Shown here piece by piece: positions 14,601 to 27,700 of a stretch of DNA of 64,000 nt. Where the stretch lies: positions 39,432,001 through 39,496,000 of the forward strand of contig OZ024749.1 in the NCBI GenBank assembly GCA_964016885.1, given 5' to 3'. A model generated the notes under the pieces. The model ran no database searches. It had not been told where the DNA came from and saw only the letters and a program-made list of their open reading frames with translations. A program made the position numbers and the translations under genes. How positions within the stretch are numbered: the first letter of the stretch is position 1; each line of letters begins with the position of its first letter. The stretch comes from Eledone cirrhosa (Eukaryota).

Positions 14601-15244
14601 GAAAGTTATATTTAAATTGTTGGGTTAACAACGAGTAAATATTTATAACTGATATAAAAGCACTCAACAAGTATTTGGAGTATATTTATGATATTAAATA
14701 AATGGAAACTATATTTATAAAACCATATTTATTTCGTTATATATATTTCAGGGATATCATATTAACAATATGTTATGCCATCTTCAGACAAAATACAATA
14801 TAAACAGTCTTATAAATAAATAGATACGACATACCTTTCAATCACCTTGCATTTGGGAGGTTGATTTGGCAGTTGATTTATATATATATATATATATATA
14901 TATTTGGGTTGATTTATATATATATATATATATCAATGATATGAATAAATGGAAACTATATTTATAAAACCATATTTATTCTATCATATATATTTCAAGG
15001 GTACCAAAACTTTGGTGCGCACTCATCAGATAAAATACAAAGTTTGTTTTATAAATATTGACATATCTAGTTTAAAGTGCTCAACATTAAAGGAGCTATT
15101 TATAAGCAAAGGGATATTTAATTTGTTGGTAATTCAACAAATATATTTATAACAGATTCGAATCTGTTATAAATATATTTTAATTAAATATCCCTTTGAT
15201 TATATATACACACACAATATATGTGTAAATATATATACATGCAT

Positions 15245-15276
<32 letters not shown>

Positions 15277-15717
15277 ACACATAGAGAGAGAGGGGGGGTC
15301 CGAGCGGGGAGGGCGGAAGGTGAGGTGTGTGTGTATGCGTGGATGTAAGTGTGAGAGTCTGGGGGAGAGCAGAAATGCGTGCTTGTGGGTTTTAAAAAAC
15401 CATTGCGTATGTTGGGATGGTGTGAGATATATATATATATATATTTATATTTATTTATATTTCTCTTAATAAATAAATAAACAGATAAAATAAAAATGGC
15501 GTAGGCATACAATACAACAGGAGGAAACATAATAGTACCACTGATGATGTTGCAGATGTGCAACGAAAGAACTTTGTTAGACTATATATATGTATTTATA
15601 TCTGTATTTTTTACCGTTGGTCAATCAATGATAAACACTGATTGCCGGATGAATTAACTATGGAGATATAAAATATGCAGAAGCGAAAACCAACCAAACA
15701 GTGAGTGTGTTCCATTG

Positions 15718-15792
<75 letters not shown>

Positions 15793-18700
15793 CAAAAGGG
15801 GTATTCAATTTGTTGGTAATTCAACAAATATAAATGTTTATAACTGATTCAGAACACTCGACAAGTTTTCTGGAGTCATCATCACCGTTTTACGTCCGTT
15901 CTTCCACGCTAGCATGGGTTAGACGGGTTGTCCTGTTGTGGGCAGTGTCTGGTCGGCTGACCATGCCTTGCTCATACAGGAACTGATTTGGCTTGATTTC
16001 TACAGCTGGATGCCCTTCCTAACACCAACCTCATTTACAGTGAGTGTTGGGTGCTTTTTCGTGGCGCCTACACGTCCACTTTACAGTGTGGGCTGGGTGC
16101 TTTTTTGCCGTGGCACCTCCACGACCACCTTGCGGTGTGGGGGGGGGGGGGCATATTGTCTATATGCTTCAGCTTGTACCCATGGGAGGTCGGGTACTCT
16201 GTATTACTGCGTGACGCCAGTATAATATTCAATGATATTAAATAAATGGAAACTATATTTATAAAACCATATTTATTCTATTATATATATTTCAAGGGTA
16301 CCAACACTTTGGTACACTTTCATCAGATAAAATACAGTTTGTTTTATAAATTTTGACATAACCAAGAAAAGATACCTTAACTGTATATATATATAGGGAA
16401 ACTAGATTTAATCAATAAAAACCAATTACGAACGTTTCACAGATGATTGGCTCGAGGTTCTTATTTGAGTTTTAACTACTGAATAACCTGAATTTATATA
16501 TATATATATATATATGGGAGAGAGATGGGTGGGAGGACTGAACAATGGAGGATATAGTAACTTGTGAAAGTCTTATCATTTTATCTTAGTGCCATTGTTT
16601 TTTCTCTAGTAGACAGAATCTTCTCAGTGATAGAATTATTTCACAAGAGAAGATGATTATTTTGCCTGAGGAAGTGGTTCATTTATTTTTAACAACCCCA
16701 CATTTTCTATCACAATTGATAGAACTATTTAAATGACACCCTACATCTTGGCAACTTCTACCTGTAAATGTTCCCCTTCTCTCATCTATCTACTATACTG
16801 GACTGATAAGTTGTAACCACAGGATAAAACATATATATTGTACATTGTATTTTTAGGGTGTTTTGTGACTGTCAGAAGTGATTTTTTGTCTACAATAGAG
16901 GATAAAACATATCTTTATATATTGTACATTGTATTTTTAGGGTGTTTTGTGACTGTCAGAAGTGATTTTTTGTCTACAATAGAGGATAAAACATATCTAT
17001 ATATATTGTACATTGTATTTTTAGGGTGTTTTGTGACTGTCAGAAGTGATTTTTTGTCTACAATAGAGGATAAAACATATCTATATATATTGTACATTGT
17101 ATTTTTAGGGTGTTTTGTGACTGTCAGAAGTGATCCCTTGTCTACAATAGAAAGTATTTTGCGTGCACACCCACACATGTATCACTGCTGGTTTTACACA
17201 TGGATGAGTTCATTTGTTTAAAGATTTATAGTGTTGATAGTATTGTTTGATTGTTTGTATATATGTGTATATATATATTTATATATATATATATATATAC
17301 TTTTTCTTATTTGCTAAACCTTGATTATATATATATATATATATATATATAATCAAGGTTTAGCAAATAAGAAAAAGTTTCAAAATAAATTTCAATCTGT
17401 TGACTTATACTCTGTTATATATATATATGAAAAATTTGTGACCTCGAACTGCAGGAGCTCAGCTGGCAGGGTTCCACATTTTTCATATCCCCCACTCTAC
17501 TACCACAAGTATCGAGTACTCTGGTGAGTAATGGTCTAACTGGTCTTTACTGCATCCATTCTGATATTGAGTAGGGGATATGAAAAATTCGGGACCCTGC
17601 CATTCGAGGTCACAAATTTTTCATATATATATATTTTTTCTAAGGCGGGTAAAATTCCCGAGATCCATGGACAAGTTCTCTCCAGCGGTCTCTGTCCCTC
17701 ATTATCACTGCCATGTCCTGCGTCTCCAATAGACCAGTGTCTGTCCTTAGGGCATCAACATACGTTAACCTTGGTCTTCCTCTTCTAGTGTGTCCATGTA
17801 GGGGCTCCCAAAGGAGCACTGAGTGCAATGTCAAATATATATATATAATGGAGTATAAGTCAACAGGTTAGAATTTACTTCATTTATTCATTAGCACTGC
17901 TATATATATTTCAATGATAACTCTTGTTATAAAATATATATAACAGTGATTATGAATAAAGGAAGTAAATTCTAGCTTGTTGACTTGTACTCCATTATTA
18001 TAATTATACTCCGTTGGATTGGCAGTATCGGCAGTATCGGTAGAGGGTCGGACGTCATGCTTTGCAGCAAAGAGATACGCCCTTTATGGTCTGAGTTCAA
18101 ATCCCGCCGAGGTTAACTTTGCCTTTCATTCTTACGGGGTCGATAAAATAAAGTACCAGTAATGCACTGGGATAATTGCTGGCCTTGTGCCAAAAGTAGA
18201 AACAATTATAATTATACCCCGTTGAGTGCTGTATCCTGTATACAGTGGTGTTGGTGATTAACTAACACATATTTTACCACATATATATATATATATGTAT
18301 GTATATATATATATGGGTGTTGTCAATTTGAGATCCGAACTTCAACCATTTTGTTTTCACTCCTCAGAGTTGGATAAACATGTTAACTTTTAACATCCTA
18401 TGCCACATGATATCACATTAAAAACTATATTCTAATGGTGCAAACTTTCACAACATTCTGTTCCCTTTTAAAGATACTATAAACATTTGAATTAACAAAC
18501 CCATTTTTAGATAATTTCTTCGGAATCATTACAGGATGTTAAGAATTAAGTACCAGCAATATCCTTCCAATTGTATAAACATCCATTTCTATAAAACTTT
18601 CACCTCATAGGACTGAAACAAACTATTTTTAGAGATTTTGCTGCTATTGTTTTCAAAATGTATTCATAGCTTAATCAAAGATGTGGACTGGCCATGCAGG

Positions 18701-21700
18701 CATGTGAACAATGCTTAGTAGGCTGCTGGGCTGATTAAAGTAAAACAGCTGAAAAACATATTAATGATAGGTGAAGGATGCTAAGGCTGGTTTTAAGACC
18801 CAATCTGCTTCTGCCTCCTTATCATCATCATCATCACCACCACAATTTTACATCCGTTTTCCCATGTTAACATAAATTGGATAAGTCTTTACAGACCATG
18901 TCAGTGTTTATTTGGAGCTACTGTCCTTCTAGTCAAGTCAGAGGGGGGGGGGGGGGGGGGGGGATGTCATGCTTACATATGTTCAAGATTTGACATGGTT
19001 TCTACAACTGGATGCTCTTCCTAGTACCAACCACAGAGTAGACTGGAGTATACAGAGTATACAACACAAGGGAGGCAGGTTGTCATATTTTGAGCACAAC
19101 TTAAGAGACTTCTCAACGACTTTTTGGCATTAGATTAAATGATGAATTAAAAGCAAACTACATTTCAGTTACAAATAAATCAGAGTGGTTGTTTGGCAGA
19201 CGTGTTACTGGCCTTGTGCCTAAATTTGAAACAATTAAGGTCAATGAAGTTAAAAAGAAAATTTGATCTGAATTTCTGAACTATCTTCAATTTGGTATTT
19301 GTGCCAACCCTTACCCATGGTCATGAATCATGGGTAATGACTGAAATAATATGATTGCAAATGCAAGAGGCCGAAATGCGGTTCCTCCAAAGAGTCTTTG
19401 GAGTAACGTTACTTGATATAGTGCATAGTTCAAAGATGAGAGAGTCGCTCCAGTAGAGCTGCTACTTCTCCAAATTGGGAGATCACAGCTCTGATACTAT
19501 GAGCATGTGGTTAGAATGTCTCAGGAAAGAATCGTTGGGTAGTTTTACAGGCAAAACCAATCAGCAGGAGACCCAGGTGTATATCCCGAGAAAGATAGTT
19601 GGATAATATCCATGAGCTTGGCTGATCTTGCTTGGGGATCCAGCTGGATCAGTTGGAAACATTTGCTTCGAACAGGACCTGCTGGAAGGAGTGTTTGAGA
19701 ACTCCACCCCATGACCCACTCAGGAATAAATGGGTGAAGAAGAAGAAGAAGAAGAAGAAGATTTCTGAAATGAGGAATTATAAATAGGATAAATAATTGT
19801 TTCTACTTTAGGCACAAGGCCAGCAAATACCCAGTGCATTACTGGTACTTTTATTTTATCGACTCCGTAAGGATGAAAGGCAAAGTCAACCTCAGCGGGA
19901 TTTGAACTCAGATCGTAAAGGGACGTAACTATGCTGGAAAGCATGGCGTCCGACCCTCTACCGATACTGCCAATCCACTGCCCTTAAATAAATAGGATAA
20001 ATAATAGACCAGAAACACACTAGGCAGAAGGGTTACTGTACCAACCCTGTGCATGCATTTTATAGACACATAGGCTTGTTTTTGTTTTGAACTGTTTCAG
20101 CTTCACATCTGAAAAGAAGGTCATAGCCCTGATATATCATGCTAAAATACACTGGATACATCATTACTTTGTTTCGTTTTATTTGTCATATCTGCCCTTG
20201 TATTTTTCTACCTCATTGTACTGACTTTTTTGAAAATTATCAGTATTTTACTACATATCTCACGATGCTTTGTATTAACTACACTATTCCATTCTTATCA
20301 TAAAATGATTTTTTATTTAAGATTAGTTAGATCAGTGTCTTTATTTTGTTTGTTATATAATCCTGTTTCGTTCTATGCTGTAGTTTGAATAAGGTTACAG
20401 TTCTAAATTCCAAGATCATGACCAAATATGACAGAAGGATGGTCATTATAGCTGAAATGTAATTATAATAACTAAGATAGTAATAATAAATAATTAGGCT
20501 CCGTACACATATTATGAAAAGTAGTTTTAATGCCACACCAAAAAACAACACTGCACATAGCCAAAGCACACAGAGTTGTGTACTCTAATGCTGTAACAAC
20601 ATGCAATATAAATAAGATTAATAATAATAATAATTGTTTCTACTTTTGGCACAAGGCCAGCAATTATCCGAGTGCATTACTGGTACTTTATTTTATCGAC
20701 CCCATAAGGATGAAAGGCAAAGTTAACCTCGGCAGGATTTGAACTCAGACCGTAAAGGGCCGTAACTCTATGCTGCAGAGCATGGCGTCCAACCCTCTAC
20801 TGATACTGTAATAATGGTTTATGATTTAGGCACAAGGACAACAATTTTAGGGGAGGGGAAAGTCAATTATATTGACCCCGGTGCATTACTTGTGCTTTAT
20901 TTTATCGACCCTGTAAAGATGAAAGGCAAAACTAACTTTGGCAGGATTTGAATTCAGAACATAAAATTCTATGCTGCAAAGCATGGTGTCTGACGCTCTA
21001 CCGATTCTGCCAATCCACTGCCCTACTACTACTGCTAATAATAATAATTGTTTCTACTTTTGGCACAAGGCCAGTACATTACTGGTACTTTATTTTATCG
21101 ACCCCCGTAAGGATGAAAGGCAAAGTTAACCTCGGCGGGATTTGAACTCAGATCGTAAAGGGACGTAACTATGCTGGAAAGCATGTCTGACCCTCTACCA
21201 ATACTGCTAATTCACCGTAATAATGCTTTCTGATTTAGACACAAAGCCAACAATTTGTGGGCTGGGGCAAGATCATTACATTGACCCCGGTATCTGACTA
21301 GTACTTTATTTTATTGACCCCAAAAGGATGAAAGGCAAAGTAGACCTTGGTGGGATTTGAACTCAGGACGTAAGGAGCCGAGTTAAATGGTGCAAAGCAT
21401 TCTTTCCGATACTAACATTTCTGTCTATCCACCGCCCTTATAATAATAATAATATCAATAATAGTAATAATTGATGTATCAATCGCAACTGATGACAACA
21501 TTCCTACCAAGGAAATGGAGAAACTATCCAAATATAAAGATCTAGAGATAGAAATAATCTGAATGTGGATGATGAAGACAGCAACAATACCTATAGTAAT
21601 AGAGGCTCTGGGAATGATAAAAAAAGCATGCAGACAGACATCACCAAAACTCCAGGACTCACAAATATATACAGCATACAGAAACTAGCACTACTAGGTA

Positions 21701-24700
21701 CTGCACACATACTACGAGGAGTACTCTCAATACAATAGAACAAACATCACCAAAACCCACACTGCACATACCCAGGGCACACATAGCTGCACTCTGTAAT
21801 ACAGTGATAATGTGCAAAATAATAATAATAATGATGATAATAAAATTTCAGTTAGATAATCTTGTAACTATAATGCACATGCTAGTAACAGAAATTTACC
21901 TCAAATGAAAATCAAAATTACACTTTATTTGTATTGTAATTGAAAAAAAAAAGAGAAAATACATTTCTCCTGTGGGTAAATTTTCTAAGAAGAAATATTG
22001 ATTTGTTTCAGATAAGCTCAATGATTATGAAGAACTACAACGAGCTGCTAAAGAAAGAGAAGATATCTGGCAGAAATATGACAAGGTAGAGTTTTTAAAA
22101 TTGTAAAACTTTCTTTGATTTATTAAAAAATAATAATTTAATCTCCCAAACTGATGAAGTTAAACTGGCTGATGTTCATCTGGTAGATGTGTAGCATATT
22201 AAAACTAGGATTTTTTTCAACACGCTGACACATATGTATATATGTATGTGCGTGTGTGTACATATATATATATATTTATATGTATGAGCATATAAATATG
22301 TGTGTGCTTGTGTGTATATATATATATTTATATGTATGAGCATATAAATATGTGTGTGCTTGTGTGTGTATATATATATATATATATTTATATGTATGAG
22401 CATATAAATATGTGTGTGTGTGTGTATATATATATTTATATGTATGAGCATATAAATATGTGTGCGTGTGTGTATGTATATATATATTTATATGTATGAG
22501 CATATAAATATGAACGCACAAATACAATCACAGACATATATTCACACAAACACACATACACATACATTTACACAAACACTCACATACATTCACACACTGT
22601 AGCAAATGGAACGCTAGCTGTTGTTTTGCTATAGTTTTTTCAACATCCTCTTCCTCACACAAACACACACATTGTGTGACAGATGGATGCTGCTCAAATT
22701 TATATGTAGATGACTGATGTTCATCTGGTAGTTGTGTAGTTCATTTATTTATTTAACTCTTGTGAGTACAACATGGCTAAATGGTTAAGAAGTTTGCTTC
22801 ACAATCATTAGGTCCTGGGTTCAGTCCAACTGCTTGATATCTTGGGGAATGGTCATTTACCATAGCCACTGTTTGACCCAAGCCTAGTGATTGAAATTGG
22901 GTAGCCAGAAACTGTTAGAATGGACAGTATCTGTTGTTCAAAGAACAAATCATGTCACTGTGCCATGCTGAATCTCTCTGAGAAAGGTACACATGTCTGT
23001 GGAATGTTCAGCCACTTACATGTAATTTCATGAGCAGGCTGTTCCATTGATCAATCGTCAAAACCAACAGAGGTCTATTCCATTATTTAACTCTTAATAT
23101 CCTGTACTATATGAAACCACATTAGCAAGACATTCTCGAAAAGTACAAAACACCGTCATTATAACTGAATCACATTAAAAATGATGTTACTTTAGTTTAC
23201 TACAAATTTTTACAATGATCTGCCTATTAGTAAAAATACTGTAAACATTTGAATTAACAAACCTGTTTTTAGATATTTATTAAATCATTAAAGAAGGTGG
23301 CTGCTATTAATATTTGCAGGCTCTCTGTTAGAATGTTGTTCATATAGTTGGTTTTTAGTATGAATAACTGAAGGTTGATGTCCAAGACAAAAGCATGAAC
23401 TAGGGTGCAATATTAGTATATCTATGTAAAATAGGGGATTGAACAAAGTACTAAAAGATAAGACACAATAGGTGATACAAAGCAGAAAGACAAGTGTGCA
23501 TTGGTAGGGGTGGATAGGTGTGTAGCTAGCTAATTCATGAGGAAAAAATAGATCTGAGCTTGTTGTTTAAATGTTGTGAGTGAATCGAAAACTGTAAAGG
23601 TTTGGCGATATTTTTGGGATGCGGCAATATGCCAGATATGTGAACAGTACTCCAATGTAATCTTATTTAAAATCAACAGCTAATCAAGGTTAAATAATTT
23701 TCTGGCTCTAAAGAGAAAACCTGTTTTTTGGTATTTAGTTTTGGCATATTATATATATGATGTCACCATAAAGTGGTCATCAGAAATTATGGGACTTGGT
23801 ATTTTTTTTTACATATTTGGGGTGGGCTGGGAATTTAGTTTTGTATTGTTTATGTGTAGAAGGATCCAGATACTAAACAATGTGATTGTCTTCAGTGTGT
23901 CTCTGTTTATAGAAACAGTGCACATCTAGCAAGCAGTGTCTAGAAGGTGTGTGGAAAGTTAAGATCCAATGGTTAGAATCATCTACATAGAAGTTGTTAA
24001 AAGTGACAGTATGTAGGATGATAATACAGAGAGGGTAGAGTTTAAGGGACATAACCAAATCTTATGGTAGAATGTTATCATTATTAAGTTAATGTTTTGA
24101 AGATAACTTAAGAAAGGCTCTTATGTAAAATTACGATGAAAGATTTTTAGATAAATATAAACAGCTTAAAATCAACAGTTTTGTGTCCGTAGAATCACAG
24201 ATGGTATCAAAAGAATTAAAGTTTGAAGAGTGATTGATAAACTTAGAATAATGAAAGAGGGTGACTGAATCAAAATAACTGGAAGTATTTCATCATTATC
24301 ACTGTCTATTTCTATCAATGTCTATTTCCCATACTTGCATCTTGTCCATATGCTCCATTTTTGGCTTGGTTTTCTATGATTGGATGTCTTTCCTAATACC
24401 AACCACCTTACTGGGTGATAGGTTGTGTCACTGAATAGGATTTGTTGCTGAAACCTATATGAGAGAAATGAGCAGTGGGGATTGTATGTATGTGCAGACA
24501 CTACTACTTTCGGATCACAGTTGGAATATATGAAGTATAGCTTACAGAAGGGTTAGAAATAGAGGATGAGAGATTTGTGTGTCAGAGACAATGATATTTG
24601 TGGTTTGTGTGTTAACTCTTTTGTGACTGAATTTTTAATAAGACTGGTTTTCTAAAGATTTCAAGTAATTTTAAAAATTGGATGGATTTAGTAAAGTAAA

Positions 24701-27700
24701 GACCCGCCTTGCCTAAGTACAAAGCGAAACCTACAGTCAGTAGGCACCTCTAACAAAAATACACCCCCGTCCCACTACCCCCACCCCATCCACACCACCC
24801 CTTTCAATGTAAAGTTATGTTGGTACCACAACATCCAGGCCGAATCAAATGAGGTCGTGTAGGTGTCACGACAAAAAAAAACACAGTCTACGCTGTAATG
24901 TGGCCGTGTAGGTAACCCGGTAAAAACCTCCCAGTCCACACTGTAAACGTGGTTGGTGTTAGGAAGGGCATCCAGCCGTAGAAAACCCGCCAAACAGTCC
25001 TATACGAGCAAGTCAACCAATCTTGCCTCAAGTGGGAAAACTCCCGTTCAAACCCATGCAAGCGTAGAAGATGGACGTTAAATGATGATGATGATGATGA
25101 TGAACTAACCTTCTTATTAATAAGTTGGTATTTAGGGAAGTGGATTAGTAATGCAACTTACTTTATTATTAAATTGATATTTAGGGCAGTGGATTAGTAA
25201 TGTAACTAACCTTCTTAGTAAATTGGTGTTTAGTGTGGTGGATTAGTAGAATGTCAGACAAAATACTTTGTAGTATTTAGTTATTACTTTCTATGTTGTG
25301 AGTTCAAATCCTGCCATGGTCCTTTTTAGCTTTCGTCCTTTCAGGGCTGATAAAATAAAGTACCAGTCAAGTACTGGCATGGATATAATTATCCCCCACC
25401 TCCCCAAATTGCTGGCTTTTTGCCAATGTTAAAAGGAATTATTAAGTTGATGTTTGGAACATAACTTTTTAAAAAAGGGTCCTTCTTAAAATTATACGTA
25501 AATTCTTTAAAACAAACAGTTTTGCATCATAGAACCAGGAGTGGTTTAAGGCAGTTGAATGTTAGAAAGCTTTATGGATAGGGTCCAGTTTTTGCCCCAT
25601 CCTTGCAGGGTTGTATATTAAGTAGATGGTGTGTGGGTAGGTGATGTTAAATAGAAGGGGGTGCAAGTAATGGAGAAAATACAACATAGTCTGTGGGCCT
25701 TAATAAGTAGGGATTGAAGAAAGTGTTTAGTGAGGAGAGGGGTACTGCAATAGTGGAGGCTATGAAATAGTACTACACAGTTAACTTGCTAGTTAAGTCT
25801 TTCATGATCATATTTCTAATGAAGCACTATATTTCAATTAATTAACGAAGAATTTAGATGGATCAACTAAAATCATTAATTATTCAATTTCTAGGATAAA
25901 TAACTTAACATATGGTTCTTATATAAAATTATTGGAAGACTTAATTTTAATAGGAACTATTTCAAATGAATGGTTTTACTTCATAGAATCAAGGGCAGTT
26001 TAGTGTGATAAAGGTTAAGGTGAAGGGACAGCAGTTTAAGGACCAGGGTTATTATATTAGGTACATGGTTATTATAGCAGTAATAGGGACCAGGGTTATT
26101 ATAGCAGTAATAGGGACCAGGATTACTATAGCAGTAGAAGGGGTCAGAGTTAGTATAGCAGTAGAAGGGACGGAGGTATTATAGCAGCAATAGGGACAGG
26201 GATATTATAGCAGTAATAGAGACCAGGGTGATTATAGCAGCTTAAGGGACAGGGTTAATATAGCAGTAGATTGGAACAGGTTATTATAGCAGTAGAGGGG
26301 ACCAGGGCTATTATAGCAGTAGAGGGGACCAGAGTGATTATAGCAACAATAAAGGACCAGGGTTATTATAGCAATAGTGGTGTGTTGCTGAGGGGATTTT
26401 TTTTCAATTAGCAAAGCAACCGTTGTGGTTTGTGTGTTAGACATCTGAGTAATGTAATAATTAATTAACTATACAATAATGACCTCAGCTAAAGTCATTG
26501 AAATATTTCAGTTGAGAACAACATATAAAAACAACAACCCTATTTGATGTATCTTTTCTTTTTCTAATTTGAGTTAGTGTTAGTGTGGAATTATGAAGTA
26601 GGTATTATACTTTGGAGTGGGGAAAATAGGTTCAATCTTATCTGAGCAATGGTAGCTTTGTTTTTCTCCACCCATTTATTCCTTGGCGGGTCATGGGGAT
26701 GCACCCCTGACATGACTTCCAGCAGCTCCTATCAAAAATAATTGTCTTCAGTTGTGCCAGGTGGATCCTCAAGTGAGACCAACTGAGATTATGAATGTTA
26801 TCCAACTATTTTGCTCAAGGTTTACCTCTGGGTTTTCTGCCAGTTGGTTTTGTCTATAAAATCTGTCAAGTGAATTTTTCCTGAGTCATTCTAACCACAT
26901 GTCTGTATTTCATATATTCCAACTGTGATCTGGAAGTAGTAGTATCTCCACATGCATAGGATCCCCACTAAACTATATATATATATATATATATATATAA
27001 TAATGATAGTAATAAACAAAAGCTATATATTTCGAAGATGCAAAGTTTTATGTATAACATAAAGCAAAACATGTTCTCCTCAGACAAAATATATAGAAAA
27101 TGTATAATTATTTCCTGATATGCTGGTAGACAAACGAACTGGACAGATCGATGACCACAGGCATATGACTAGGGGAAAAAAAAATATATATATATATATA
27201 GCTTACTAATAATCCAATTTCGGACATTAAGGATTAAAGGATTCTCTTTCTATGTAGTTAAAAGTTTTCATGTAATTCTGCTAGAATTTGAATTTTATTA
27301 CAGAGTTAAATCTATATTTTAGGGTAGAGAAGAAGGGGCTGAAATTGAACCATGGGAAGATCCTGAATTTTCTGTCTATCACGTTACCGACCGCTATGGA
27401 TTTATCCAGTAAGTATATAGTTTGTGTTCTTGTAGTTTTACTGAAGCATTCTCAAATAACAACTTGAAAACAAAATAAATTTGTTATATGGTTCTTATGT
27501 GTGTGTTTATATATATATATGTGTGTGTGGGTATGTCAAGGCGGTGAACTAGCAATCGTTAGGGGTGTTGCATTAAAAATGCCTCAGTATTTGTTCCAGC
27601 TCACTGTGTTCTGAGTTCAAGTCCTGCAATGGTCAACTTTGCCTTTTTATCCTTTCAAATTGGAAGAAATATGCTGTGTTCCAACATGGAGCAGGATGGG

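Noticed and set aside
18943-18963. G homopolymer as a G-quadruplex
   Set aside because: Lies in a degraded SINE; length unreliable in assemblies
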